Shown here piece by piece: positions 45,627 to 55,323 of a stretch of 64,000 nt of DNA (within the stretch, counting starts at the first letter, position 1; every line of letters starts with the position of its first letter). The DNA is from Nitrospirales bacterium (lineage in GTDB: Bacteria; Nitrospirota; Nitrospiria; Nitrospirales; NS-4), in the NCBI GenBank assembly GCA_036505795.1, contig DASXSU010000095.1, positions 18,242 through 82,241 on the forward strand, written 5' to 3'. The position numbers and the translations under genes are program-made. The notes beneath the pieces are model-generated. The model worked only from the letters and a program-made list of their open reading frames with translations, had not been told where the DNA came from and did no database searches.

Positions 45627-48600
45627 CTAAACCGGCTCGAGCATTCTGTTCAGGCGCACGGATACCAGAGTTGAAATTCCCGGCTCCTCCATGGTCACCC
45701 CGTACAGCGAGTCAGCCACCTCCATCGTCTGTTTACTATGGGTGATGACGATGAATTGCGACCGGGCGGACAAGCCCTGAAGCACTCGGGTAAAGCGCCC
45801 CGTGTTCTCTTCGTCCAGCGGCGCATCTATTTCGTCCAACACGCAAAACGGGGTCGGCCGTATGATAAAGCTGGCAAACACCAAGGCCATGGCGGTCAAT
45901 GCGCGCTCCCCTCCAGAGAGCATGGTAATATTCTTGAGGCGCTTTCCGGGCGGCTGGGCCACGATGTCCACCCCGGGCTCCCCCCCTTCCTCATCTTCTA
46001 CAAGTAACAACTCCGCCCGTCCGCCCTCGAAGAAGTTTCGAAACATCTCGTCAAATTTGCTCTGAAGCTCTTGAAAAGTATTCAGAAAGAGCTCCTTGGT
46101 CGTGCGATTGATCTTGGAGATAATTGTCCGCAGCGAGGCGACGGATTGGGCCAGATCCTCTTCTTGCGTGGTTAAGAAACGCAAGCGCTCTTCAAGTTCC
46201 CGGTGTTCCTCGATCGCCATCACATTCACCGGCCCCAATTCCTCTAATCGCCCGCGACGTTGGATTAAACGCTCGCGGGCGCTGTGGGCATCCTCTCGGT
46301 CTCCAACCTGTGCAATCGCCGTCTCCAGGGACACTTGATAGGTCCCCCGTAATTGACCTTCGTATCCCTCAAGCCGGATCTCCGCCTCGCGCCGGCTAAG
46401 TCGGACGGCCTCCTGTTCCCGGTGTAACGCTTCAATTCCATGCCGCAACTTATTAAATTCGGCGTCCAGAGCGCGCAGTCGGGTTGTCAGTTCGGCTTGC
46501 GCTTCCTGAGCCCCTGATAAGGTCCGGCGCGCTCTGAAAAGTTCCGATTCAATGGCCGGGATACCGGCTTCCGCTGCCTGTCGTTCCAGCAGAGCGGTCG
46601 CACACGCCTCCCGTAGACGCATGACTTCCCCCTGCAGTTCCAAAATACGCGTTTCCCGGACAGCGGCCACAGACTCCATTCGGCGGATTTCTGCTCTGGT
46701 CTGCTCCAGACGCTCCGTCAGGCCCGCAACCCTCAGACGAACCTCGCCGGTACTGGCGTGGCGTCGTTCGACGACTCCTTCATTCTCCGCAACCGTATGC
46801 TGCAGTTCGGCCAAGGCCGCTTCGGCCGAAGCCCGTTCAGTCTCCAACCGCTGAAGGTCATTACGATTGGCGAGTTCATCGGCAAGCAGCGCCTCCCGCT
46901 CAGCCTCCGACGCCTGGCATTCCGCCATCAGGACTTGTATTCGTTCTCTGAGTTGGGCCAAGTCTTGATGGCATCGCTGCTCATCAGTTCGTTCACCGAT
47001 CAGATCCATCTCGCGACGGCGCGCCTCGGAATCCCGCATTTCCCATCGCTCGGTCTCACCGGCCAAGGCATGTTCTAACTCATCCCGGGTTTCTTTCGCC
47101 TCTTGCAATGCGTGCTCAAGTCCCTGCACTCGGTCCGTGAGGGCACGCAATTCCCGCTCCCTGGCAAAAACACCAACGGCCGCATCGGCAGGACTTGCGG
47201 TGATGGCTCCGTCAGGCTCGAGAATTTCGCCGTTCACGGTAACCAACAGAGCGTAGGCGCTTTCGGTCATCCCCTGCCATAGCGCGACAGCATCGTCCAG
47301 GGTCTGAACAATGACAACGCCGCCCAGGAGGTGCGAGGTCAGCTCTTCATATCCGGACAGAGGAGACACGAAGTCCAAGGCCGGGCCAACGATCCCTTCC
47401 CCATAAATCATGAGGGGATGGTCGGCGCGGAAAATCCTGGGCCGCTTTGGAAGAAAGGTCACCGCCGCAGATCCCTGGCCTTGGAAGGTTTTCAATAAAC
47501 GAGCCGCATCCTGAGGCGCGTCGATCAGCATGCCGATGAGCTTATGGCCTAAAACCGCCTCGATCGCGACATCGTATTCGGAGCGTACCGTCAGAACATG
47601 GGCCAACGTTGCGCCAAGACTTTCTGAGTCGGCGAGCGATTCAAGCGCTCCTCGAGTAATGGCCTGTAGAGCCCGCTGCCTCGCCGTAGATATGGCCAAC
47701 TCCTCTTGTGTCGCCGCGACCTTGTTGCCGGCATCGGACAGGCGTTTTTTGAGATCAGCCATCCCTTCGGCCAAAGCGCGGACCGCGGCGACCGTCTCCT
47801 GGAGTTGGATTTCATGGTGGCGCCGGCGCTCCTGACACTCGCGGAGCTGCTGCCTTAGACTGTCGAAGGCCGCCTCTGCTTGGATACGTTGCTGCTCAGA
47901 CTTTTCTGTGCGCCGGCTAAGTTCAGCAGCTCGGGCTTGGTTGTTGGTCACTTGATTGACGGCAATGCTGGCTGCCATGGCGCGGTCCATAGCGCGGCTG
48001 CGGCTCACTTCGAGGGCGGCTTGACTCTCACGGTAGCACTGGACCGCTTCCTTTAATGCGGCGTCTTCCCCGGCGACTGCTTCGGCCGTGGCGGAAAGCT
48101 CACGCTGGATGTCGGCGCCACGGTCCGCCCAGCCCATTAAATCTTCAGCATCCTTGAGTTTCTCTGTTTGGACTTGGGCAAGGTCCGCCTCCACGCGTAC
48201 CCGCTGCTCTTCCAAGAGGCATGCGCGTTGGGTTGACAACTCGATGGCGGTCGCGGCTTGACCTAACCGCCCTTCTAACTGCGCAACTTCATCGCGCCAT
48301 TCGGCGATGGCTGTGTCACCGGCAATCAGTTGAAGCTGACCCGCTTCGACTTCCGTATCAAGACGAGCGGCGGCGGCATTTTCGGCACTTTCGCGTTCGC
48401 CAAGCTCCAGCAAGGACCGCTCGCAGTGCCGGAGGGTGCCGGATATCTCCTGGTGTTCATGGATCAGCACAATGAGTTCCAGACGGCGCACCTCTTCTCT
48501 GAGGGCCTGGTAGGCTTCGGCCGCCTTCGCCTGCCGCTCCAGACTCCCTAACTGCCGTTTCACCTCGTTCACAATATCCCGCACACGCGAGAGATTCTGG

Positions 48601-49190
48601 TTGGTGGCCTCAAGCTTCCGAAGCGCTTCGGTCTTCTGTTTTTTATAGCGGATGATCCCGGCGGTTTCTTCGATGAGCTCTCGACGCTCGATGGGCGACG
48701 CCTTCAGTAAGCGATCGATCATGCCCTGTTCGATCACGGTGTGTCCCTTGCTTCCAGCTCGGGTATCCAGCAAGAGACCGCGCAAATCCTTGAGGCGGCA
48801 GGGTGTCTGATTAATGAAATACTCGCTGACGCCATCGCGAAACAGCCGCCGGGTGACCATGATCTCTTGATACTCCCCAAGCGAATAGGGAAGGAACGCT
48901 CGATCAGGCTCACCCCCGGGCCGAGTTCCATCCACCTCTCCCAGGATCAATGAGACTTCCACCATGCCCTGCGGCTTGCGGGATTCCGTCCCGTTGAAGA
49001 TGACATCTTCCATTCGTTCACTACGCAAGGTCTTGGTACTCTGCTCGCCCAACACCCAGAGAATAGCGTCTAGAATATTACTTTTTCCGCTTCCGTTTGG
49101 GCCCACGACCGCGGTGATTCCCTGCTGAAAGATGATTTGGGCCTCTACGAAGGACTTAAAGCCGTTCATCTCTAATCGCTTCAGATGCAT
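45627..49190 (-). CDS. smc: chromosome segregation protein SMC
   Basis: 1187 aa. The N-terminal Walker A is MHLKRLEMNGFKSF...GPNGSGKSN. Long coiled coils flank a hinge region, and the C-terminus carries LSGGERALTAMALVFA and FCVLDEIDAPLD. Confidence 0.93.
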   Translation of the reverse strand: MHLKRLEMNGFKSFVEAQIIFQQGITAVVGPNGSGKSNILDAILWVLGEQSTKTLRSERMEDVIFNGTESRKPQGMVEVSLILGEVDGTRPGGEPDRAFLPYSLGEYQEIMVTRRLFRDGVSEYFINQTPCRLKDLRGLLLDTRAGSKGHTVIEQGMIDRLLKASPIERRELIEETAGIIRYKKQKTEALRKLEATNQNLSRVRDIVNEVKRQLGSLERQAKAAEAYQALREEVRRLELIVLIHEHQEISGTLRHCERSLLELGERESAENAAAARLDTEVEAGQLQLIAGDTAIAEWRDEVAQLEGRLGQAATAIELSTQRACLLEEQRVRVEADLAQVQTEKLKDAEDLMGWADRGADIQRELSATAEAVAGEDAALKEAVQCYRESQAALEVSRSRAMDRAMAASIAVNQVTNNQARAAELSRRTEKSEQQRIQAEAAFDSLRQQLRECQERRRHHEIQLQETVAAVRALAEGMADLKKRLSDAGNKVAATQEELAISTARQRALQAITRGALESLADSESLGATLAHVLTVRSEYDVAIEAVLGHKLIGMLIDAPQDAARLLKTFQGQGSAAVTFLPKRPRIFRADHPLMIYGEGIVGPALDFVSPLSGYEELTSHLLGGVVIVQTLDDAVALWQGMTESAYALLVTVNGEILEPDGAITASPADAAVGVFARERELRALTDRVQGLEHALQEAKETRDELEHALAGETERWEMRDSEARRREMDLIGERTDEQRCHQDLAQLRERIQVLMAECQASEAEREALLADELANRNDLQRLETERASAEAALAELQHTVAENEGVVERRHASTGEVRLRVAGLTERLEQTRAEIRRMESVAAVRETRILELQGEVMRLREACATALLERQAAEAGIPAIESELFRARRTLSGAQEAQAELTTRLRALDAEFNKLRHGIEALHREQEAVRLSRREAEIRLEGYEGQLRGTYQVSLETAIAQVGDREDAHSARERLIQRRGRLEELGPVNVMAIEEHRELEERLRFLTTQEEDLAQSVASLRTIISKINRTTKELFLNTFQELQSKFDEMFRNFFEGGRAELLLVEDEEGGEPGVDIVAQPPGKRLKNITMLSGGERALTAMALVFASFIIRPTPFCVLDEIDAPLDEENTGRFTRVLQGLSARSQFIVITHSKQTMEVADSLYGVTMEEPGISTLVSVRLNRMLEPV

Positions 49191-49408
49191 AGATCTCCTT
49201 TAACTCATAAATACCATGAGTTTGGGCAACGGATACCATATCTTGTGGAGCAATGCAAATTAAAACACTAGGATCCAGCCCTAAAAGATCTTCGACCCCG
49301 GCCGGACGTGCGATGGTTCTTGAGCAAAAAGCCCCCTAGACTGCAGCCAAGAACTGGGAAGCGATTCAAGTCTATCCGGACGCCTAACTTCCGTGTGCAA
49401 AAGGGAAA

Positions 49409-49978
49409 GTGCCAACTGTGGCTAGACGGCTGCGACTTGAATTACTCGATGTCACCTGTCGTGAGACCGAAGATCTCTTCGTTCCGGACACGTTCTACCT
49501 AATGGCGGTCCTGGCCGTCTCAGATTCCATACGGGCTGCCGTGATTACCGATCCTATTGTGATGAAGTCCGGTCAGACGCATACATTTTCGGGTCCGGAT
49601 GCAGTCCTCTTTGACGGGGTCGTTGAGAACCGACAGGCTATCCTCGGCGGTGTCAAAGCGTACGAGCAAGATTTCGCCAAGGATTGGGCTCACAAGCTCC
49701 GGTGGGTCAAGGAAATTTTGCGAGGATTGCCGGCTTTCGAAGATCTTCCCGAATCCCTCACAGCTTCCGCAGAGCTCATCCTGACCGCGGCTACGAATGT
49801 CCTCGATCTCCAAGCTCACAGCGATAGGGATGATTTGCTCGGCGCCTTGCCGCTTGTATTTTCTATGAATGGACCCTCGAGCGAAGAGATGCAATGGGTC
49901 TTTAAAGAGGAAGGAATCGGCCTGTCTACGTGGGACTACACTATCCGTTGCCAGCTCACCAGAATTCAGATCGTCTAA
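49409..49978 (+). CDS. hypothetical protein
   Basis: 189-aa ORF with a clean coding look and no recognisable motifs. It partly overlaps the rejected extended xthA ORF (49869). Confidence 0.4.
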   Translation: MPTVARRLRLELLDVTCRETEDLFVPDTFYLMAVLAVSDSIRAAVITDPIVMKSGQTHTFSGPDAVLFDGVVENRQAILGGVKAYEQDFAKDWAHKLRWVKEILRGLPAFEDLPESLTASAELILTAATNVLDLQAHSDRDDLLGALPLVFSMNGPSSEEMQWVFKEEGIGLSTWDYTIRCQLTRIQIV

Positions 49979-50021
49979 GCAGCTCGCTCCTCAACGGCTT
50001 CTCTGTGCTATTCTAGTTTGG

Positions 50022-50795
50022 ATGAAAATCGCCACGTTCAATATCAATTCGATCAGAATGCGGCTTCCTGTCATTCTCCGCTGGGTGGAAGAGCACCAGC
50101 CGGACGCCCTGTGTCTGCAGGAAACAAAAGTTCAGGACAGCGAGTTTCCCGCACTTGGCTTGGCCTCGACCGGATATCATGTCGTGTATCGCGGTATGAA
50201 AGCCTACAACGGCGTCGCGGTCATGACCCGCACCGAACCCGACGCTGTGTTCTATGGCTTTGATGATGGCGGCGAGCCTGACGAGGCCCGTATTATGAGA
50301 GTCATTCTTAAGGGTATTCCGATTCTGAACACCTATGTTCCGAACGGCTTTAAGATCGTGTCGCCCAAATACGCCTACAAACTGGAGTGGTTCAAGCGGC
50401 TGCGGGCTTATTTTGAACGGCACCTGTCGGCCGAGCAGCCGGCAGTGTGGTGCGGGGATATGAATGTCGCTCCAGAGGCCATCGACGTACATAGCCCTGA
50501 CAAGCATGTCAGGCACGTCTGCTTTCATGAAGATGTCCGGCGGGCCTATAAAGAAGCCGCGGCTTGGGGTTTTGTCGATGTCTTCCGCCGGCTGTACCCG
50601 GACAAACAACAGTTCACGTTTTGGGACTACCTGCGCCCCGATTCCTTGGATGCCAATAAAGGGTGGCGCCTCGACCATATCTTGGCGACATCCGCTATGG
50701 CTGACAAATGCAAGAAAGTTGAAGTGGATATCGAGCCCCGCCGGGCCCCTCAATCATCGGACCACACGTTTCTCTGGGCCGAGTTTGAGTTGTAA
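50022..50795 (+). CDS. xthA: exodeoxyribonuclease III
   Basis: The ATG at 50022 gives MKIATFNINSIRMRL...ALCLQETKV...GDMNVAP...RLDHILAT...SDHTFLWAEF, the canonical ExoIII/AP endonuclease motifs at a typical length (257 aa). Confidence 0.9.
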   Translation: MKIATFNINSIRMRLPVILRWVEEHQPDALCLQETKVQDSEFPALGLASTGYHVVYRGMKAYNGVAVMTRTEPDAVFYGFDDGGEPDEARIMRVILKGIPILNTYVPNGFKIVSPKYAYKLEWFKRLRAYFERHLSAEQPAVWCGDMNVAPEAIDVHSPDKHVRHVCFHEDVRRAYKEAAAWGFVDVFRRLYPDKQQFTFWDYLRPDSLDANKGWRLDHILATSAMADKCKKVEVDIEPRRAPQSSDHTFLWAEFEL

Positions 50796-50840
50796 GCTTC
50801 GGCTAAGAGGTGACTAACCGAAGGCGAACGGACCTTCGTC

Positions 50841-51206
50841 TTATCGCTTTTGTCCGGGTGCGCTCGGTGTCGTCCCTGTTTCAGGCCCTGCCTCTGACTT
50901 GTTGATCAGCGTCACGACGCCCTGATCGGACACCTGTGCGACGATCCGATCACCGACCTCAAAAGCCGTCGTGACTTTTGAGTCCTTGTTGACCGTCAGC
51001 CGCACTTCCTGCCCGGTCTCATCGCGAACCAGATAGGTATTGCCTTCCATCTTCAAGACTTCCCCCTGGACGATCCGGAAGCCTTGAGCCTGTCCCGAAC
51101 TGATTGATGGCTCGGCAAGGGGGGCCTGCTCCGCCGCGAAGGCCATAACTACGGAACCCGCGGCAAATCCCAACGCTGCAATGAGGGCTGTTACGCTTGT
51201 TTTCAT
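50841..51206 (-). CDS. small secreted protein with one copy of a ~60-aa beta-rich domain
   Basis: 121 aa with a signal peptide (ALIAALGFAAGSVVMAFA). The domain IVQGEVLKMEGNTYLVRDETGQEVRLTVNKDSKVTTAFEVGDRIVAQV is shared with the protein at 51825-52358. Confidence 0.6.
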   Translation of the reverse strand: MKTSVTALIAALGFAAGSVVMAFAAEQAPLAEPSISSGQAQGFRIVQGEVLKMEGNTYLVRDETGQEVRLTVNKDSKVTTAFEVGDRIVAQVSDQGVVTLINKSEAGPETGTTPSAPGQKR

Positions 51207-51789
51207 CGCTTCCTCCTACGACCTTTCGGTCCATTGCTCGCCGATGATCAAGTCATCCGGCTTATTATATCATTTTCGAAAGTCACTTCCGAGAGTTGGT
51301 TCATGACATTCGGAACTGTAAAACTCACGCGCATGAAGGGATCCGTTGAGTCAAAATCTACGGAAGGAACAAAGCACGGGTAACAGTCTGGAAGACAGTG
51401 AGGCCGTCGGACGACGATGCCGCGAGGTTTCTTTCTAGTAAAAGAGCATAGGCACCCCCGAACAGCAGACTGATCATGAACATTGTCCACAGGTAGCCCA
51501 AGCGCGTGATGCCATTAGCAATCAATTATTTTCTTCCGATTTAATGCCTAATGCTAGGCGGGCACCCGATGGTAGGCTATAGATCAAACGACTGGGGACG
51601 CTGTTCTTCCGAGGATGCACCTCCGGAGTCTTTAGAGACATTAGTGGGAGGCATAATCGATCTGGAGGGACCCTTGAGAATACCTATCTATTAATCCTAG
51701 GTCCAGGCCACTTTTTATATTGCCTGGACTACATTTCCTTTAAGACTGCCATATGCCTCTTAAGACCATACCCCCCTCCTTTGATCTCC

Positions 51790-51818
51790 TTGACACCTTG
51801 CCATTCACCTAGTAAACT
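51790..51818 (+). promoter_or_regulatory. sigma70-type promoter candidate (TTGACA-17 nt-TAAACT) placed for a leaderless transcript
   Basis: TTGACA lies at 51790-51795, followed by a 17-nt spacer and TAAACT at 51813-51818. Six nt later comes the ATG at 51825, so there is no room for a Shine-Dalgarno. Confidence 0.35.
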
Positions 51819-51824
51819 TCACTC

Positions 51825-52358
51825 ATGTTGTTATTCGGATCTCACCGTCCGACAAAGTACTCCCTCTGCTCCTTAGGTCTCGTTCTGTGCGCATCGCTAA
51901 GTCCTCTCCCAACCCTCGCGGCGGAAGATGCCACTCAAAAAGGGTGGATGGGTCGTGTCCGCGGCGAGGTGATAAAGATGGATGGGGATATTTTCATCGT
52001 TGAAGATGACCTTGGAAGACAGCTGCGGCTGCATCTGACCCCGAAATGTGAGCGCGACACCGATGTTCGGGTTGGCGACGAGATCGTCGCTCGGACAACC
52101 CATCGCGGCAAAGAGTTTTACATCAAGTCCATCAAGAAAATTTCTTCTTCAGTATCAGCAAGCCATCTCATTGAAGGTAAGGTTGTTAGGATTGATGGCG
52201 AGTCTTACCTGGTCAAAGACATCTCCGGACGAGAAATCAGCCTGCATGTGGACGGCACGACTTCGAGGGACGGCAATATCACCATCGGTGACATCGTTCA
52301 CGCGCGGATCGACGGCAACGCGCCCGTCTCTCATGCCGAGACCTTGAGCAAACGTTAA
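51825..52358 (+). CDS. small secreted protein with two copies of the same ~60-aa domain
   Basis: 177 aa with a signal peptide (LGLVLCASLSPLPTLAA). Repeat 1 is VRGEVIKMDGDIFIVEDDLGRQLRLHLTPKCERDTDVRVGDEIVART. Repeat 2 is IEGKVVRIDGESYLVKDISGREISLHVDGTTSRDGNITIGDIVHARI. Confidence 0.6.
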   Translation: MLLFGSHRPTKYSLCSLGLVLCASLSPLPTLAAEDATQKGWMGRVRGEVIKMDGDIFIVEDDLGRQLRLHLTPKCERDTDVRVGDEIVARTTHRGKEFYIKSIKKISSSVSASHLIEGKVVRIDGESYLVKDISGREISLHVDGTTSRDGNITIGDIVHARIDGNAPVSHAETLSKR

Positions 52359-52383
52359 GCCCGCCGCACGGCATCACCCGCAC

Positions 52384-52797
52384 TCAGATCTGGCTACGGC
52401 TTTTCGCCTGATCCGATTGCTCGATTGCTTCTTCGGTTTTCTCCTGGCATTGAATGCATCGCCGAGCGAACGGAACCGCTTTTAACCGGCGCTCGCTGAT
52501 TTCGGAGCCACAATCCTCACAGATCCCATATCTTCCGTCCGCCAGTCGGAGTAGGGCCTCATCGATCTGCTCCCGCATCCCGTTTTTTAGTTCCATCAGC
52601 GAGATTTGCTGTTCCTCGGTGGTGTCTTGAAGGGCCATATCGGCGACATCCGGGACGGAATCATCCCGTTGTTCAGCCTGCGCCATTCGGCGCCTCGCTA
52701 AAAGGTCCTCCACGGCTTTCAAAACCTGCCCCCGTTCTTCCAGCAGCATTTGGCGCAGTACTTCCGTCCGTTCGCCACTGCTGACTTTTTTCGGCAT
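52384..52797 (-). CDS. DksA/TraR-family C4 zinc-finger protein
   Basis: 137 aa with a coiled-coil N-terminal part and the zinc finger CEDCGSEISERRLKAVPFARRCIQCQ. Confidence 0.8.
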   Translation of the reverse strand: MPKKVSSGERTEVLRQMLLEERGQVLKAVEDLLARRRMAQAEQRDDSVPDVADMALQDTTEEQQISLMELKNGMREQIDEALLRLADGRYGICEDCGSEISERRLKAVPFARRCIQCQEKTEEAIEQSDQAKSRSQI

Positions 52798-52920
52798 ACG
52801 TGGTTCCTTTCTGGTTGTGCCGGCTGGCCATCATATCCACCTTTCCGGACTTTCAAACAATAGACAAAAACCTCCGTCGTTCGCGTCAATTGTCGCGCTC
52901 AAAGATGATGGCATGAGGAC

Positions 52921-54198
52921 TCAACCAGTTGCAGCGCCTTCTCCAAGGGCGTCAACAACCCGTGTGACCTCTTCTGTGGTGTTGTAATGCACGAGTCCCA
53001 AGCGGAGCATCCCTCCCGCGCTTTCAACTCCGAGCCGCTCGGTCAGATTTAATGCATAATAATTCCCGGCCCACGTAAACATGCCTTGATCGCCAAGCAC
53101 GCTCGCCAATTCTTGGGGCGTACGCTTGGCCGACCGCAGAGCAACCGTGGGGGTACGCCGGTCAAAACGCGCCGGATCGGTGATGCCGTAGACTGTCACC
53201 CCGGGGACCGCCAGCAATCCGCGAATGAGTGGCTCAACGAGGTTTCGTTCATACCGCCTGATTGCTTCCATCGCTGAAAGCAGCGCTGGCCGCCGGCTCT
53301 CATTCTTCCCTCTGGCCGCCTCCGGGCTCACGCGATGGCCGAGTTCCTCAAGATAGTCAATCGCCGCGGTCACTCCCGCAAGACCTTCGTGATTCTGCGT
53401 GCCGGTTTCCCATCGCTCCGGGCTTTCCGAGGTCGCCGGTCTCACTTTATATGGCATGAGGCGTCTTAGGTGCTTCCGCTTGCCGTACAGCACTCCGATA
53501 TGCGGCGCAAAAAATTTATACGGCGAACAGGCGAGAAAATCGCAGTCCAGGACCCCCACATCAATGGGCGCATGCGGAGCAAAGTGGACGGCGTCGACGA
53601 ATACCAGCGAGCCAACGGCGTGGGCGATGCGGGTTATTTCTGTCACGTCGTTGATCGTCCCGACCGCGTTGGAGGCATAGCACACGGCGACCAGACGCGT
53701 CCGCTCATTGACCTGCCCGCGAAGGTCGGCCATGTCCAACGTGCAGTCCTTCGGGTCAATATCGACCAAGCGAATCACCACTCCCCGCTCCTCTAAGGCC
53801 GACCACGGCGCGATATTGGCATCATGATCTAGTCGGGTGAGCACAATCTCGTCTCCCGCATGAAGTTCCCGGCCAAGCGCCCGACTTAAGGCGAAGGTCA
53901 TCGTCGTCATATTCGACCCAAACACGATCTCATCCGCTTCGCAGCCCAGAAAATCTGCCATCGCTTGCCGCGCCGTGGCGATCACCTCATCGGTCCGACG
54001 ACTCGTGACAAAGCCGCCATGGGTGTTGGCATTGGACCGGGCCAGGTAATCGCTCACCGCATCGATCACGCGTTGCGGCACCTGAGTTCCCCCCGGGCCG
54101 TCCAGATAGATCACCGGCCTTCCATTGACCTTTTGCTGAAGCGCCGGGAACTGCGAGCGAATCCAATCGAGATGATGTTCGAGATCAGGCGAGGCCAT
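52921..54198 (-). CDS. class V aminotransferase, cysteine desulfurase-like family
   Basis: 425 aa. YLDGPGGTQVP, NMTTMTF, VDAVHFAPH and the PLP-Lys context ACSPYKFFAPHIGVLYG are present. Confidence 0.75.
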   Translation of the reverse strand: MASPDLEHHLDWIRSQFPALQQKVNGRPVIYLDGPGGTQVPQRVIDAVSDYLARSNANTHGGFVTSRRTDEVIATARQAMADFLGCEADEIVFGSNMTTMTFALSRALGRELHAGDEIVLTRLDHDANIAPWSALEERGVVIRLVDIDPKDCTLDMADLRGQVNERTRLVAVCYASNAVGTINDVTEITRIAHAVGSLVFVDAVHFAPHAPIDVGVLDCDFLACSPYKFFAPHIGVLYGKRKHLRRLMPYKVRPATSESPERWETGTQNHEGLAGVTAAIDYLEELGHRVSPEAARGKNESRRPALLSAMEAIRRYERNLVEPLIRGLLAVPGVTVYGITDPARFDRRTPTVALRSAKRTPQELASVLGDQGMFTWAGNYYALNLTERLGVESAGGMLRLGLVHYNTTEEVTRVVDALGEGAATG

Positions 54199-54390
54199 GC
54201 TTAATTCCTTTCGACGTCTGTCTGAGAGCGCAGAGGGTGAAGTGACATAAGTCTAACCAAAATCGATACCAGGATGTACCTGGCGCGCATCCCCCAGATT
54301 ACGAACAAAGAGATCGTTTTTCAGCACTTTTCTCCGACCCTTGGGGCACTGGTCGTCATGATCGCGGACCAGTATAGTAGTGACAAGCGT

Positions 54391-55323
54391 ATGGCACTAT
54401 TCATAAACACGCTCACCGCGGTTGTGGTCGCCGTCGTCCCATTAGCCGCTGCAAACACAAAGTTTGCAGAATGGCACATCCTCGAAAGCAGGACAGGGTC
54501 GCCGCTGGTTTTTGAAGATCTTGCATCGCACCTGGCTGTCCAGGAGGTCATTTACTTGGGCGAGGAGCACCACAACCGCAATCACATTGAAGCCGCGCTT
54601 AAGACCATGCGGGCATTGATCGCCCAAGACCGCCGGCCGGTCCTGGGTCTTGAAATGTTCTCATGGGATGGCCAAGCCGCCCTTGATCAGTACCTGACGC
54701 ATCCAGAGATGCCCACGGACACGTTCCTAGAGGAAGCTCACTGGAAGCAGAACTGGGGCGGCCCCTACGAGGAATACGAGCCGTTACTTGCGTTCGCACG
54801 AGACCACCACCTTTCAGTGGTTGCTCTCAACCCGCCGCGCCCCCTTGTCAGGGAGGTGGCCAGGGACGGGATTGCCAAGGCGCGCACGAAGCCTGAGATG
54901 TGGCAGTGGAAGATGCAAGACGAATCCCTAGTCGAGGATCCAGCGTACCGTGACAGGGTTCTGAACCAGCTCCATTCGTGTCATGACGGGTTGACGAATG
55001 CGGCGTACGAACGCATGTATGAGGCCTCGGTGTTCCGTGATGAGAGCATGGCCAAGACCATTGCTGACCAACTGCGGCGCCTCCCGGAAGGCGCTGGGCC
55101 TATCATCAGTTACACCGGAGGGGGGCATATCCAGTATCGGCTCCCAATTCCGAACCGCGTTGCACGACGGTACGGGCTGCCCCTCCGGCAGATGACGATC
55201 TATCTGGCGGCGTTCGATCCGGGCCGCGTCCAGGAAATCCAGGAACTGCTTCAGCCGCCCATCGCCGACTATCTATGGTTAACCCCCATGGGCCAGCACG
55301 GCCCCACGCGGCGGTGCCTCTAG
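54391..55323 (+). CDS. ChaN-like (heme-binding/Tiki superfamily) periplasmic protein
   Basis: The ATG at 54391 gives the signal peptide MALFINTLTAVVVAVVPLAAA. VIYLGEEHHNRNHIEAAL, LGLEMFSWDGQ and the GGGH region are typical of the ChaN/DUF399 family. Confidence 0.6.
   Translation: MALFINTLTAVVVAVVPLAAANTKFAEWHILESRTGSPLVFEDLASHLAVQEVIYLGEEHHNRNHIEAALKTMRALIAQDRRPVLGLEMFSWDGQAALDQYLTHPEMPTDTFLEEAHWKQNWGGPYEEYEPLLAFARDHHLSVVALNPPRPLVREVARDGIAKARTKPEMWQWKMQDESLVEDPAYRDRVLNQLHSCHDGLTNAAYERMYEASVFRDESMAKTIADQLRRLPEGAGPIISYTGGGHIQYRLPIPNRVARRYGLPLRQMTIYLAAFDPGRVQEIQELLQPPIADYLWLTPMGQHGPTRRCL

Noticed and set aside
50013-50753. 246-aa - strand ORF
   Set aside because: It is the antisense shadow of xthA, which has canonical ExoIII motifs over the same interval.
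50797-50838. Two short overlapping hairpins (CTTCGG...CCGAAG and CGAAGG...CCTTCG) between convergent xthA and the small secreted gene; considered as a bidirectional terminator
   Set aside because: The stems are only 6 bp with 15- and 8-nt loops. There is no clean U-tract, and the structure overlaps the stop codon at 50841. This is too weak to annotate.
51248-51490. 80-aa - strand ORF in the long 51207-51824 spacer
   Set aside because: It has no RBS and no recognisable motif, its composition is odd, and it would run directly into the neighbouring gene's start region. I kept the spacer itself as an item of interest.
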